Notes: generated by a model not told the origin, from the letters alone. Positions 37,762 to 50,266 are shown, counted from the stretch's first letter. The stretch: DNA of 64,000 nt from an uncultured delta proteobacterium (GCA_963826785.1 CAWGYD010000006.1:896001-960000), one strand, 5' to 3'. Translations and numbers: made by a program.

Positions 37762-38688
37762 ATGAAATCTGACTATGATCTTGTTATTGTCGGCGGCGGC
37801 CCGGCGGGGTTGACTGCCGCCATTTATGCCGCCCGGGCCCGGCTGGACCTGCTTGTCGTGGAAAAGACCGCTCCGGGCGGGCAGATTCTGGTAACGGATC
37901 TGCTGGAAAATTATCCGGGCTTTCCGGAAGGGTTGAGCGGTGCCGAACTGGTGCTGAAGATGACCGAACAGGTCCGGAAATTCGGCGTTGAAATTGAAAC
38001 CAATACCGTTGAATCCGTTGATTTCAGCGGCCCGGACAAACAACTGGTCTTGTCCGACCGGACCGTTCGGGCAAAAGCGGTGATCCTCGCCACGGGTGCA
38101 TTCCCGCGGAAATTGGGCGTACCGGGAGAACTCGAATTTTACGGCAGAGGCATCTCGACCTGTGCCACCTGCGATGCACCGTTTTTCAGAAACAGCGTGG
38201 TGGCCGCCGTGGGCGGCGGGGATACGGCCGTGCAGGAAAGCATATTCCTGACAAAGTTTGCCAGCAAGGTCTACCTCATTCATCGCCGAAATGCCCTGAG
38301 GGCCACTAAAATCCTTCAGGAGCGGGCCATGGCCAACGAAAAAATCGAAATCCTCTGGGATTCGGTGGTCAGCGAGATCAAGGGAACAGACGCCGGCGTG
38401 AATGCGGTTTCAATCAAAAACGTCAAGACCGGGGTCATCCGCGATCTGTCCGTGGACGGCTGCTTCATGTGGGTGGGCATCGTGCCCAACACCGGATTTT
38501 TAAACGGCGCGGTGGCAGTCGATCCGTCCGGTTTCGTCATGGTGAACGCCAGGATGGAGACGTCGGTTTCCGGGGTTTACGCGGCCGGGGATGTCCGGAA
38601 CACGCCGCTGCGGCAGGTGGCCACAGCAGTTGGAGACAGCGCCATTGCCGCCTTTGAGGCGGCCAAATATATCGAGCAATCAGAGTAA
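37762..38688 (+). CDS. trxB: Thioredoxin reductase
   Basis: GGGPAG, ENYPGF, CATCD, GGGDTA, HRR, AAGD. Confidence 0.95.
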   Translation: MKSDYDLVIVGGGPAGLTAAIYAARARLDLLVVEKTAPGGQILVTDLLENYPGFPEGLSGAELVLKMTEQVRKFGVEIETNTVESVDFSGPDKQLVLSDRTVRAKAVILATGAFPRKLGVPGELEFYGRGISTCATCDAPFFRNSVVAAVGGGDTAVQESIFLTKFASKVYLIHRRNALRATKILQERAMANEKIEILWDSVVSEIKGTDAGVNAVSIKNVKTGVIRDLSVDGCFMWVGIVPNTGFLNGAVAVDPSGFVMVNARMETSVSGVYAAGDVRNTPLRQVATAVGDSAIAAFEAAKYIEQSE

Positions 38689-38696
38689 ATGATTCT

Positions 38697-39479
38697 ATGA
38701 AAAAATGGATAAGCCGGAGATGGATCGGGGGGATGGCCATCGTCATCCTGCTGACGGCCCTGGGGTTGGCCGGATGCACCAAACACAAGCCGGAAAAAAC
38801 CGCAGAAGAACTGGCCGCTGAAGGGCAGGCGGCATTTGAAAAGAAAAATTATTCGGATGCCATCAAGGTCTACGAAAAACTTACGGACTGGTATCCGTTC
38901 AGCAGCCATGTCAAGACGGCGGAGCTGAGAATTGCGGACTCGCATTTCGAACTGGAAGAATATGAAGAGGCGATTCTCGCCTACAAGGAATATGAAAGAC
39001 TGCATCCCAATGATGAACATATCCCGTTCGTAATTTACCGGATCGGCCGGTCCTATTTTGACCGGATGGTGGGGGTCGATCGCGAGCAGGACACCACCCG
39101 GGAGGCTCTCCAGGTGTTTTTGCGGCTGGTGGAGCAATATCCGGAAAGCGAATATGCAAAAGAGGCGCGAACCTGTATTGAGCAGGCCCGGCAGCATATC
39201 GCGGGGCATGAATTTTATGTGGGAAAGTTTTATTTCAAACAGAAGCACTACAAGGCGGCCCTTCACCGGTTTGAAAATGTCGCCGGCACCTATCCGGATC
39301 TGGAGATCGCCGCCGAAGCCCGCGATTACATCGAACAGTCCCGGGCGCTGATGGCAGAGGCGGAGCAGGCGAATCCGGAAGAACCGGCTCTCAAACCCGC
39401 CGATTCCCAGATGATGGAAGAAATAATGGAACCCGATATCACCGATCCAACGGAAGGGCCGTTCCCGGACCCGGACTGA
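38697..39479 (+). CDS. bamD: Outer membrane assembly lipoprotein BamD
   Basis: Lipobox LAGC, TPR repeats, YPFS, DREQD, HEFYVGKFY. Confidence 0.9.
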   Translation: MKKWISRRWIGGMAIVILLTALGLAGCTKHKPEKTAEELAAEGQAAFEKKNYSDAIKVYEKLTDWYPFSSHVKTAELRIADSHFELEEYEEAILAYKEYERLHPNDEHIPFVIYRIGRSYFDRMVGVDREQDTTREALQVFLRLVEQYPESEYAKEARTCIEQARQHIAGHEFYVGKFYFKQKHYKAALHRFENVAGTYPDLEIAAEARDYIEQSRALMAEAEQANPEEPALKPADSQMMEEIMEPDITDPTEGPFPDPD

Positions 39480-39597
39480 TAAAAGCGTTGCGTCCAAACA
39501 CCTGATCCGCCGGGATGAAAAAAAACTTTACAAAGATTGTAAGAAGCGGTATAAGCGCTTTTTCCCAAAGCAATTATCTGGTTAAAAGGAGATGATC

Positions 39598-39786
39598 ATG
39601 TCAAGACAGTGCGATATATGCGGAAAGAAGCCGCTGGTGGGAAACAACGTCAGCCATGCCCATAACCTGACCAAGCGGCGCTTCAATCCAAACCTTCAGA
39701 AGGTGCGGGCCGTTTTCAACGGGCAGGTTCAAAAGATTTCCGCCTGCACCAACTGCATCAAATCCGGATTTGTGGTCAAGCCCTGA
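39598..39786 (+). CDS. rpmB: 50S ribosomal protein L28
   Basis: [30 protein letters not shown]. Confidence 0.96.
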   Translation: MSRQCDICGKKPLVGNNVSHAHNLTKRRFNPNLQKVRAVFNGQVQKISACTNCIKSGFVVKP

Positions 39787-39813
39787 TCACCTTCAGGATC
39801 AAACCCCATTTAT

Positions 39814-39845
39814 AAAAAAAAACCCGCCGCCGGCGGGATTTTTTT
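39814..39845. terminator. Bidirectional intrinsic terminator
   Basis: A-run, CCCGCC / GGCGGG stem, T-run, between convergent rpmB and relA/spoT. Confidence 0.75.
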
Positions 39846-39938
39846 ATGGTCGACAGGGTGCTTCCGCCAGGATCGCAAGCGGTTAAACGCTTAATAATGT
39901 TTAAGCAGTATTTGCGCTCTTTGCGGAAAAACCCGTTT

Positions 39939-42083
39939 TTATACCCGCTCCACCTTCTGGATGGTCTCGATTTTTTTCAGTTTGGCCGTCACGTCGGCCA
40001 GATGGCCGCGGTCCTTGACCGAAAGCGTGATCGCCCCGATCACCATCTTGTCATCCGTGCTTTCCAGGTTCACGTCTACGATATTGGCATCCGCCTGGCT
40101 GATGGCGCCTGATATTTCCGCCAGAAGCCCCACCCGGTCATAGCAGCGCAGTTTCAATTTTACCGGAAACGTATTGGCGTGCTCGTTTTTCCATTCCACA
40201 TGAATTTGCCGCTCCGGGCTCATTTTCAGCGCGTTTAAGCATCCCTGGCGGTGAACCGTAATCCCGGCGCCGTGGGTGATGTAGCCGGTGATCTGGTCTC
40301 CGGGGATCGGCTGGCAGCACTTGCCGAACCGGATCAGGATGTCGTCGATTCCGTCCACCACGATCCCGTTGGGATCATGCTTTTTTCGGTCCTTTCGCCG
40401 GGGGAGCAGTTTATTGAAGATATTTTCATCTTTTTCCGGCTTGGAATCCGGGGCCAGTTTTTTGATCACCTGCAAGGGCGTGATCTTGCCGTATCCCACA
40501 TGGGCGATCAGGTCGTCCACCGTCTTAAAATTAAATTCCAGTGTCACCTGCTCCATGGCCTGGGAATGGATGAGTTCGTTGAAATTGAGGCGATGTTTTC
40601 GGAACGCCTTTTCGCACAGTTCACGGCCCAGGGAGATGCTTCTTTCGGTTTCCTGCTTCTTGATCCACTGGCGGATCCGGGAGCGGGCTTTTCCGGTTTT
40701 GACATAGCTCAGCCAGTCGGAACTGGGATGGTGCCCCTTGGTCGTGACGATCTCGACGATATCACCGGTCTGGAGTTGCTGATTGAGCGGCACCAGTCTC
40801 GCATTGACTTTGGCGCCGGTGCACTGGTGCCCCACTTCGCTGTGAATCAGGTAGGCAAAGTCGACGGGGGTTGACCCCTTGGGCAGGTTTTTGACTTCAC
40901 CCAGCGGGGTGAACACATAGATGTCCTTGGGGAAGAGATCGATGCGTACGTTCTCCAGGAATTCATCCGGATCACCGTAGTTTTCATGCTGATCCACCAG
41001 GTTCTGAATCCACGCGAAGGCATTCTGGGTTTCCGTATCCAGGGATTTTCCCTCCTTGTAGCTCCAGTGGGCCGCAATCCCCGAATTGGCCACCTGGTCC
41101 ATTTCCTGGGTCCGGATCTGCATCTCCATCCGTTCGCTGTAGGGGCCGATGACGGTGGTATGCAGGGATTTATAGCCGTTGGGCTTGGGAAATCCGATGT
41201 AATCCTTGAATTTATAGGGAATGGGCCGCCATTTGGCGTGAATCAGCCCCAGCGCCTCATAGCAGTGGGGGAGGGTGTCGGTGATAATGCGAAAGGCGAT
41301 GATGTCGTAGAGCTGCTCAAAGGTCAGATTCTGGGTCTGCATTTTCTGGTAGATGCTGTAGAACTGCTTGTAGCGGCCCAGTACCCGGCAATGGACGCCG
41401 GCGCCGTCCATGATCTGGGCAATGGCCCCCTTGACCTCCTCGATATATTTTTCCCGCTCCCCCTGGTTTTTGCTCACCATCTGCTTGATGTAATCGTAAT
41501 CTTCCGTATTCGTGTAATAAAAGGAAATTTCCTCCAGTTCCTTTTTGATCCAGTAGATACCCAGGCGGGCGGCAATGGGGGCATAGATGTCTAACGTTTC
41601 CTGGGCAATCGCTTTTTTCTTTTCCTCTGTTTTGTGGAAATGAAGCGTGCGGGTGTTGTGGAGCCGGTCGGCCAGCTTGATCAGGATGACCCGGATATCG
41701 TCGGCCATGGCCAGAATCATTTTCCGAAAATTTTCCGCCTGCCGGGCCCGGGCCGTGTCAAAGGCCAGCGTGCTGATCTTGGTCACCCCGGCGATGATTT
41801 TTGCGGTATCCGCACCGAACATCTGCTGGATTTCCTCGATGGTGGTGTGGGTGTCTTCCACCACGTCATGGAGCAGGCCGCAGGCGATGCTCACCGGGTC
41901 AAGCTTCATGTCCGCCAGGATGTTGGCCACCTCCAGGGGGTGCGTGAGGTAGGGCTCGCCGCTGAGCCGCTTCTGCCCGTCGTGGACTTTTGCCGAGTAA
42001 ATGTAGGCGCGTTCAACAACATCGACATCCGCATCCGGCGCATAGTCGTTGATTTTATCCAGTATGTCGTTGATCCGAATCAT
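39939..42083 (-). CDS. spoT: Bifunctional (p)ppGpp synthetase/hydrolase
   Basis: SGEPY..HP, LHDVVED, KLADRLHN, GRYK, PKPNGYKSLHT, TGS and ACT domains. Confidence 0.94.
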   Translation of the reverse strand: MIRINDILDKINDYAPDADVDVVERAYIYSAKVHDGQKRLSGEPYLTHPLEVANILADMKLDPVSIACGLLHDVVEDTHTTIEEIQQMFGADTAKIIAGVTKISTLAFDTARARQAENFRKMILAMADDIRVILIKLADRLHNTRTLHFHKTEEKKKAIAQETLDIYAPIAARLGIYWIKKELEEISFYYTNTEDYDYIKQMVSKNQGEREKYIEEVKGAIAQIMDGAGVHCRVLGRYKQFYSIYQKMQTQNLTFEQLYDIIAFRIITDTLPHCYEALGLIHAKWRPIPYKFKDYIGFPKPNGYKSLHTTVIGPYSERMEMQIRTQEMDQVANSGIAAHWSYKEGKSLDTETQNAFAWIQNLVDQHENYGDPDEFLENVRIDLFPKDIYVFTPLGEVKNLPKGSTPVDFAYLIHSEVGHQCTGAKVNARLVPLNQQLQTGDIVEIVTTKGHHPSSDWLSYVKTGKARSRIRQWIKKQETERSISLGRELCEKAFRKHRLNFNELIHSQAMEQVTLEFNFKTVDDLIAHVGYGKITPLQVIKKLAPDSKPEKDENIFNKLLPRRKDRKKHDPNGIVVDGIDDILIRFGKCCQPIPGDQITGYITHGAGITVHRQGCLNALKMSPERQIHVEWKNEHANTFPVKLKLRCYDRVGLLAEISGAISQADANIVDVNLESTDDKMVIGAITLSVKDRGHLADVTAKLKKIETIQKVERV

Positions 42084-42229
42084 TTAGCAGGCTTTTGGTC
42101 GTCAGCGATTGGCTGCCAGCTGTCAGCAGGGTCCATATCCGGTAATTTTTCCGGAGATCATCGGCTTCTGCAGTCAGGGTAAATCTTCAGATTGTTGGCT
42201 TCAAAGTGAAATGCGGATGGCAAGGTCCA

Positions 42230-43767
<1,538 letters not shown>

Positions 43768-43770
43768 TTA

Positions 43771-43860
43771 AAATTCAAAATTATCGATTCACAATTGACC
43801 ATTCGGATGAAAGAGCGAAATCGACTATGAATCGCCAATGGTCAATTGTAAATGGTCAAT
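43771..43860. repeat. Inverted pair of 7-bp-period AATnnnn tandem arrays
   Basis: Left arm reverse complement AATGGTC AATTGTG AATCGAT AATTTTG; right arm AATCGCC AATGGTC AATTGTA AATGGTC; perfect 13-bp IR 43791-43803 / 43837-43849. Confidence 0.7.
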
Positions 43861-43885
43861 GCTGGATAAAACGGATCGGTTGATT

Positions 43886-44959
43886 TCAGGAGTCGCTTTC
43901 GAACTCGTCCACTGCCCTGAGCAGTTCCTCCACCAGCCGGTCCTCGGGGAATTTTTTGATGACCTTGCCTTTTTTAAACAGGATGCCGGTGCCGTCTCCG
44001 CCCGCGATGCCCACGTCCGCTTCCTTTGCTTCGCCGGGGCCGTTGACCACACATCCCATGACCGCCACCTTGATATCGGTGGTGCGGGTCATCAAGGCTG
44101 TTTCAACAGCCTGGGCGATGGAAAACAGGTCGATGTTGGTCCGGCCGCAGGTGGGGCAGGAGATGATTTCGGGCCCTCTGCGGCGAATCCCCAGCGCCCG
44201 CAGGATTTCGTAGCCCACCCGGACTTCCTCCACCGGGTCCCGGGTGAGCGATACCCGAAGCGTATCGCCGATGCCCTCGGCCAGGAGCATGCCGATGCCC
44301 AGGGCGGATTTGACGATGCCCGTATAAAGGCCCCCGGCTTCGGTCACGCCCACGTGCAGGGGAAAATCGGTCCTGGCCGACAGGAGCCGGTAGGCCGTTA
44401 CCGTCTTTAAAACGTCGGCGGACTTGATGGCCAATTTGAAATGATCGAAATCAAGATTTTTCATCAACTCGATCTGGCGAAGGGCGCTTTCCACCAGCGC
44501 CTCGGCGGTGGGGCCGCTGTGGGCCTTTATGAGGTCCTTTTCCAGTGAACCGGCGTTGACCCCGATGCGGATGGGAATTGAGCGGTCTTTGGCCGCCTGG
44601 ACCACGGCCCTGATTTTTTCATGCCCCCCGATGTTTCCCGGGTTGATCCGCAGCCCGTCCGCACCGGCCGCGGCCGCGGCCAGGGCCAGCCGGTAATCGA
44701 AATGAATGTCTGCAATCAGGGGAATGGCAATCTGTTTTTTGATGCCGGAGATGGCTTCGGCGGCTTCCACGTCCGGGACCGCCACCCGGACAATCTCGCA
44801 GCCGGCGGCCTGGAGGCGCTGGATCTGGGCAACCGTGGCGCCGATATCCTGGGTATGGGTGTTGGTCATACTCTGCACCGCAATGGGGGCGTTGCCCCCG
44901 ATGGGGACATTTCCGACATGGATGCGGCGTGTTTTTTTGCGGTTTATCTCAAAGGGCAT
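43886..44959 (-). CDS. ispG: HMBPP synthase IspG
   Basis: VQSMTNT, ADIHF, RINPGN, RIGVNAGSL, GVTEAG, CPTCGR, MGCVVNGPGE. Confidence 0.95.
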   Translation of the reverse strand: MPFEINRKKTRRIHVGNVPIGGNAPIAVQSMTNTHTQDIGATVAQIQRLQAAGCEIVRVAVPDVEAAEAISGIKKQIAIPLIADIHFDYRLALAAAAAGADGLRINPGNIGGHEKIRAVVQAAKDRSIPIRIGVNAGSLEKDLIKAHSGPTAEALVESALRQIELMKNLDFDHFKLAIKSADVLKTVTAYRLLSARTDFPLHVGVTEAGGLYTGIVKSALGIGMLLAEGIGDTLRVSLTRDPVEEVRVGYEILRALGIRRRGPEIISCPTCGRTNIDLFSIAQAVETALMTRTTDIKVAVMGCVVNGPGEAKEADVGIAGGDGTGILFKKGKVIKKFPEDRLVEELLRAVDEFESDS

Positions 44960-45277
44960 GGTTCGAATCGATTCTGTTTTACCAGTATAATACCCATTTT
45001 TCCTGATGAGTCGCAACTGCGGTAAAAAGAGGCGATTTTTTACCGTAAAGGACAGCTCTTGCCTGGCGCGGAAATGATCGGCCCGATTCTCAACATGGTT
45101 CAAAGGGCCTGATTCTTCGCCTGTAGAGAAAAATAACTATCAAAGCGGACATGAAGATTCAAGTGAAATAAGCGGGTTTCAGCGCAGGCGGATTTTCGAT
45201 TGCCTGTTGCCTTGACGGGATATCGCTTCTATACTTTTTAAAAAACAATCGGAAAAACGCAAGAAGACGGGAGGTCG

Positions 45278-45706
45278 TTGATGAGCTTTGGGGAAAAAAT
45301 CGGAGAACAGGGCATATCTGGTGGTGTGGATCCCCGGATTCGGCAGGAACTGGAGAAACATATCAGGGACGGAAAGCTGAGCTGCGCGAGTGCATTTGCA
45401 GCCGCGCAGGCATTGAATCTCCCCCCCGCTGAAATCGGAAAAAGCGCGGATGCAATGAAGGTGAAGCTGGTTAAATGCCAGCTGGGGCTCTATGGGTACG
45501 CTCCGGAAAAGAAGATCGTCAAGCCGGCCGATACAATTGATCCGGAAATGGAAGCGGCCGTGCGGGCCGGCCTTGAAAACGGGTACCTGCCATGTGCCGC
45601 CGCCTGGAAGATCGCCGAACAGTTCAATGTTCGGAAAATGGCCGTCAGCGCGGCCTGCGAGGCGCTTTCAATAAAGATCAAGCCGTGCCAGTTGGGGGCT
45701 TTTTAG
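45278..45706 (+). CDS. Hypothetical protein with two tandem C..CQLG repeats
   Basis: RBS GGAGG; repeats LSCASAF..CQLGLY and LPCAAAW..CQLGAF. Confidence 0.8.
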   Translation: MMSFGEKIGEQGISGGVDPRIRQELEKHIRDGKLSCASAFAAAQALNLPPAEIGKSADAMKVKLVKCQLGLYGYAPEKKIVKPADTIDPEMEAAVRAGLENGYLPCAAAWKIAEQFNVRKMAVSAACEALSIKIKPCQLGAF

Positions 45707-46329
45707 GCAAAGTGGAGGAACGGATTGAACCGCTTCTCCTGGCCGATGGAGGTGGCCGGGCCATGGCCGGTATAGACCTTTACGGCATCTCCCAGGGTGA
45801 ACAGCCGGTTTTTGATGCTTGAGATCAGGGTCTCGAAATCCCCTCCCGGAAAATCGGTGCGGCCGATGGAACCGGCGAAGAGGGAATCCCCCACGAATAC
45901 CACGTCATCGGTATGGAAGGCCACGCCTCCCGGTGAATGCCCGGGGGTGTGGATGACCTTTAAGGTGATCTCGCCGAAGGTGATTTCATCCCCGTCATTT
46001 AACATCTGGTCGGCGGGGGGAGAGTTTTCCACCGCCAGCCCGAAGGCCGCGCCGGCATGGGTTAAAGATTTGAGCATAGGGGCATCCTCTGTGTGGATCA
46101 GGATGGGAGCGCCGGTAACTTCCTTCATGCGGCGGTTTGCCCCCACATGATCGAAATGCCCATGTGTGTTCAAGATGTATTTTACGGTCAGTTTCGATTC
46201 CGCCAGGGATTTTAATATCCGTTCCGCATCGTCCCCCGGGTCGATGACCGCGGCAAGCCTGGTTTTTTCACAACCCAGGATGTAGCAGTTGGCCATGATC
46301 GGTCCGACGGCAAGTTCCTTGATGATCAC
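45703..46329 (-). CDS. MBL-fold metallo-hydrolase (glyoxalase II-like)
   Basis: THGHFDH, TPGHSPG, GDSLF, GRTD, GHG. Confidence 0.92.
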   Translation of the reverse strand: MIIKELAVGPIMANCYILGCEKTRLAAVIDPGDDAERILKSLAESKLTVKYILNTHGHFDHVGANRRMKEVTGAPILIHTEDAPMLKSLTHAGAAFGLAVENSPPADQMLNDGDEITFGEITLKVIHTPGHSPGGVAFHTDDVVFVGDSLFAGSIGRTDFPGGDFETLISSIKNRLFTLGDAVKVYTGHGPATSIGQEKRFNPFLHFA

Positions 46330-46344
46330 AGTATTCTCCGTCTT

Positions 46345-46620
46345 TTAATCTCTATTGTTTTTTGCCTGCTGGGCAAGTTCGATGATGCTCAATACCTTGT
46401 TCCGGGGCGGTGCTGCCGCACGGGCCATTAGCGCCGCAAACTGATCCGCCGCCAGATGCCCGCGGAGATAGGCTTCCACATCAAAAAGTTCCCACCAGCA
46501 GTCGAGTACTTTCCAGCAGGGATCATCGTTGTCCCCGCTGATCAGGCAGTACTCAAAGGTAATGGCGCTGCCCAGACGGGGGCAGCGCCGCTCTTTTTTC
46601 GTGCAATCCGTATCGATCAT
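46345..46620 (-). CDS. Small Cys-rich hypothetical protein
   Basis: CPRLG..FEYC..PCWK.LDCWW; overlaps the trpB2 stop codon. Confidence 0.7.
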   Translation of the reverse strand: MIDTDCTKKERRCPRLGSAITFEYCLISGDNDDPCWKVLDCWWELFDVEAYLRGHLAADQFAALMARAAAPPRNKVLSIIELAQQAKNNRD

Positions 46621-47999
46621 TATTTGGTGCTCTTGAGATCCTGGGGCTTCGGGTGGTTGGCAAAAACCGCTTCGGACTTGGCGATTTCTTCTTCGGAAAG
46701 ATCGATGTCCTTGATCTGGCCGGCCAGGTAGCTTTCATAGGCGGTCAGGTCGAGCAGCCCGTGGCCGCTCCAGTTGAACAGGATCACCTTTTCTTTGCCT
46801 TCTTCTCTTGCCTTGTTGGCCTCTTCGATCACCGCGGCCAGGGCATGGGTGGTTTCGGGGGCCGGAATGATCCCTTCGGTGCGGGCCAGCAGGATGCCGG
46901 CTTCGAAGCACTTGCTCTGCCGGACCGATCGGGGGGTCAGGATCCCTTCGTTCACCAGCTGGCTGACGATGGGGGCCATGCCGTGGTACCGCAGACCGCC
47001 GGAATGGAAGGGCGGCGGCACAAAGGCGTGCCCCAGGCTGTGCATGGGCAGCAGCGGGGTGTACTTGGCCGTATCCCCGTGATCGTAGACAAACGGCGCC
47101 TTGGTCAGGGTGGGGCACCCGGCCGGCTCCACCGGATAGATTTCGATCTGCTTGCCGTGGATCTTGTCGTAGACATAGGGCAGCGCAAGGCCGGCAAAGT
47201 TGCTGCCGCCGCCGGCGCAGCCGATGACGATGTCGGGGTATTCCCCCACTTTTTCCATCTGTTTTTTGGCTTCCAGGCCGATAATGGTCTGGTGCAGCAG
47301 CACGTGGTTCAAGACGCTGCCCAAAGAATACCGGGTCTGCCCGCTTTCATCGGTGACCGCCGCCTCGATGGCTTCGCTGATGGCGATGCCCAGGCTCCCC
47401 GGGGTGTCGGGATCCCGCTCCAGGGCTTCCCGGCCGGCCTTGGTTTCGGGGCTGGGGCTGGGGACGCATTTGGCGCCCCAGGTTTCCATCATGGATTTGC
47501 GATAGGGTTTCTGGGTGAAGGAGATCCGGACCATGAACACCTTGCACTCAATGCCGAACTGGGCGCAGGCAAAGGCCAGCGCGCTTCCCCACTGGCCGGC
47601 GCCGGTTTCGGTGGTGATCCGTTTGATGCCGAATTCCTTGTTGTAATAGGCCTGGGGAACGGCGGTATTGGGCTTGTGGCTCCCCGGGGGGCTGACGCTT
47701 TCATTCTTGAAATAAATCCGGGCGGGGGTGTTCAGGGCTTTTTCCAATTTGAGGGCCCGGACCAGGGGCGCGGGGCGCCAGATATTCAACACGTTCAATA
47801 CCGGTTCCGGAATGTCGATCCATCTTTTGGTGGAAACTTCCTGCTCGATGAGATTCATGGGGAAAACCGGTGCCAGCTGATCCGGACTGACCGGCTGTCC
47901 ATCCGGGCCCAGCGGAGGATTCATGGCGATGTCGGCAAGCACATTGTACCACTGCCGGGGGATTTCATCCTCTCTCAACACGATTTTTCTGTTTTCCAT
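46620..47999 (-). CDS. trpB: TrpB2 (stand-alone tryptophan synthase beta-like PLP enzyme)
   Basis: [39 protein letters not shown]. Confidence 0.92.
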   Translation of the reverse strand: MENRKIVLREDEIPRQWYNVLADIAMNPPLGPDGQPVSPDQLAPVFPMNLIEQEVSTKRWIDIPEPVLNVLNIWRPAPLVRALKLEKALNTPARIYFKNESVSPPGSHKPNTAVPQAYYNKEFGIKRITTETGAGQWGSALAFACAQFGIECKVFMVRISFTQKPYRKSMMETWGAKCVPSPSPETKAGREALERDPDTPGSLGIAISEAIEAAVTDESGQTRYSLGSVLNHVLLHQTIIGLEAKKQMEKVGEYPDIVIGCAGGGSNFAGLALPYVYDKIHGKQIEIYPVEPAGCPTLTKAPFVYDHGDTAKYTPLLPMHSLGHAFVPPPFHSGGLRYHGMAPIVSQLVNEGILTPRSVRQSKCFEAGILLARTEGIIPAPETTHALAAVIEEANKAREEGKEKVILFNWSGHGLLDLTAYESYLAGQIKDIDLSEEEIAKSEAVFANHPKPQDLKSTK

Positions 48000-48061
48000 G
48001 ATGTTCTCCTTGTCTTCTTTTTCGCGAATTGACGGGCGAGGGTTTGAATGTAAATGCTTTT

Positions 48062-48499
48062 TTAGACCTGTTTGCCGGTTTTCATGATGTAATTCTGAAA
48101 TATGGAATCGAGAATTCCGTTGATGAAAGAGGTGGATTCTTCGGTCCCGAAACGCTTGCTGACCTCAATGGCTTCGTTGATGGACACCTTGGCCGGAATA
48201 TCGGGTATTTCCATCATTTCGTATACGCAGAGCCGGATAATGTTGCGATCCACGATGGACATGCGGTGGATCTTCCAGTTGCTGGAGTATTTCAGGACGA
48301 TGCGGTCGATTTCAATTTTCCGGGCGAGAACGCCATCCACCAATCCCCGGCAGAAGGGGCGGATCACGGTCGGCGCGCTCAGGAAATCAAACAGCCGATC
48401 CATTTGGGCATCGTCATGATTTTCCAGCATATCCATGGAGTATAAGATTTGCAGGGCCAGTTCCCGTGCCTGCCGTCTGCTGCCGTGCCTGCTGCTCAT
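48062..48499 (-). CDS. nusB: Transcription antitermination factor NusB
   Basis: [29 protein letters not shown]. Confidence 0.95.
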   Translation of the reverse strand: MSSRHGSRRQARELALQILYSMDMLENHDDAQMDRLFDFLSAPTVIRPFCRGLVDGVLARKIEIDRIVLKYSSNWKIHRMSIVDRNIIRLCVYEMMEIPDIPAKVSINEAIEVSKRFGTEESTSFINGILDSIFQNYIMKTGKQV

Positions 48500-48509
48500 A
48501 GAAAAAAGA

Positions 48510-48992
48510 TTACCGGTTGCCCAAGGTGGTGACCAGGTCGGCCATCTCCAGCGCAGTGATCGCCGCGCTCCACCCTTTGTTTCCCGCCTTGGTGCCGGCG
48601 CGCTCGATGGCCTGTTCGATGGTGTCGGTGGTCACCACCCCGAAGATGATCGGGACTTCGGTTTCAAGGCCCACGGCAGCGATGCCCTTGGACACTTCGG
48701 CGCTGACATAGTCGAAATGCGGGGTCGCCCCCCGGATGACGGCCCCGAGGCAGATCACCGCATCATGGGCTTTCTTGACGGCCACCTTCTTGGCAATCAG
48801 GGGAATTTCAAATGCTCCCGGTACCTTGATGACTTCGATGTCATCATCTTTCACCCCGCTCCGGACCAGGGCATCCACAGCGCCGGACAGGAGTTTGTCC
48901 GAAATAAAGTCGTTGAACCGGCTGACAATAAGGGCAAAACGTTTGCCCTCGCCGGTCAGGTTTCCCTCAATGATTTTCGGCATCTGATCCAT
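48510..48992 (-). CDS. ribH: 6,7-dimethyl-8-ribityllumazine synthase
   Basis: [30 protein letters not shown]. Confidence 0.96.
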   Translation of the reverse strand: MDQMPKIIEGNLTGEGKRFALIVSRFNDFISDKLLSGAVDALVRSGVKDDDIEVIKVPGAFEIPLIAKKVAVKKAHDAVICLGAVIRGATPHFDYVSAEVSKGIAAVGLETEVPIIFGVVTTDTIEQAIERAGTKAGNKGWSAAITALEMADLVTTLGNR

Positions 48993-49021
48993 CCTTTATT
49001 AAGAGAGTTGTATGGACTGAT

Positions 49022-50236
49022 TCAAGGAGTCGTATTGACATTGAGAAAATGGCCCATCTTGAGCTGCTTGCATTCCAGGTAACACCGGTTGTGGTCGTTG
49101 GGCTCGATCTGAATGGGGACCTGTTCCACCACGCTCAGCCCGTACCCTTCCAGGCCGACAATCTTCTTGGGGTTGTTGGTGATCAGCCGCATTCTCTTCA
49201 CCCCCAGATCGCGCAGTACCTGGGCGCCGATGCCGTAGTCTCGCAGATCGGCTTTAAATCCCAGCTTTTCGTTGGCCTCCACCGTGTCATATCCCTGGTC
49301 CTGAAGTACGTATGCCTTGAGCTTGTTCACCAGTCCGATGCCGCGCCCTTCCTGGCGGACATAGAGGAGCACGCCGCTGCCTTCCTGGTCCATCATGGAC
49401 ATGGCCTTGTGGAGCTGATCCCCGCAGTCGCACCGGAGAGAGCCGAAAATGTCGCCGGTGAGGCATTCCGAATGGACCCGCACCAGGGTCGCTTTTTCCG
49501 GATCGATGGTCCCCTTCACCAGTGCGATATGCTGCAGGTCCTCCATGTCGTTCTCATAAACGATGACCCTGAAATTCCCCGCGTACGAGGTGGGAATGGT
49601 GGCTTCCACGGCCTTGTGGACAAACGATTCAGTACGCATCCGGTATTCGATCAGATCGGCAATGGTGCAGATGCCGATGCCGTGTTCATCACTGAATTTT
49701 TCCAGGGCGGGCATGCGGGCCATGGACCCGTCGTCATCCATGATTTCGCAGATCACCCCGGCGGGTTTGAGTCCCGCCAGACGGGACAGGTCCACCGACC
49801 CCTCGGTCTGTCCGGATCGGACGATCACGCCGCCCCGGCGGGCCCGCAAGGGGAATATGTGGCCCGGCCGGACCAGGTCGTCTGGTTTCGCATTATCGGC
49901 AATGGCGGTCTGGATGGTCTTGGACCGGTCCGCGGCGGAAATGCCGGTGGTCACACCGTGCCGCGCTTCCACGGATACGGTGAACCCCGTCTCAAACCGG
50001 GAGGTATTGTTTCGGACCATCATGGGAAGATCGAGCTGCTCAACCCGGTCCGGGGTCAGCGACAGGCAGATCAGGCCCCGGCCGAACTTGGCCATGAAAT
50101 TGATGGCTTCCGGGGTGACCGCTTCGGCCGCCATGGTCAGGTCTCCCTCGTTTTCCCGATCCTCGTCATCGACCAGGATCACCATCCGGCCGGCCTTGAT
50201 CTCGGCAATGGCCTGTTCAGTGGTTAAATGTGACAT
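49022..50236 (-). CDS. ribBA: Bifunctional DHBP synthase / GTP cyclohydrolase II
   Basis: [41 protein letters not shown]. Confidence 0.96.
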   Translation of the reverse strand: MSHLTTEQAIAEIKAGRMVILVDDEDRENEGDLTMAAEAVTPEAINFMAKFGRGLICLSLTPDRVEQLDLPMMVRNNTSRFETGFTVSVEARHGVTTGISAADRSKTIQTAIADNAKPDDLVRPGHIFPLRARRGGVIVRSGQTEGSVDLSRLAGLKPAGVICEIMDDDGSMARMPALEKFSDEHGIGICTIADLIEYRMRTESFVHKAVEATIPTSYAGNFRVIVYENDMEDLQHIALVKGTIDPEKATLVRVHSECLTGDIFGSLRCDCGDQLHKAMSMMDQEGSGVLLYVRQEGRGIGLVNKLKAYVLQDQGYDTVEANEKLGFKADLRDYGIGAQVLRDLGVKRMRLITNNPKKIVGLEGYGLSVVEQVPIQIEPNDHNRCYLECKQLKMGHFLNVNTTP

Positions 50237-50266
50237 GTGTTATTGCTCCTGATGACTCATAAAATA

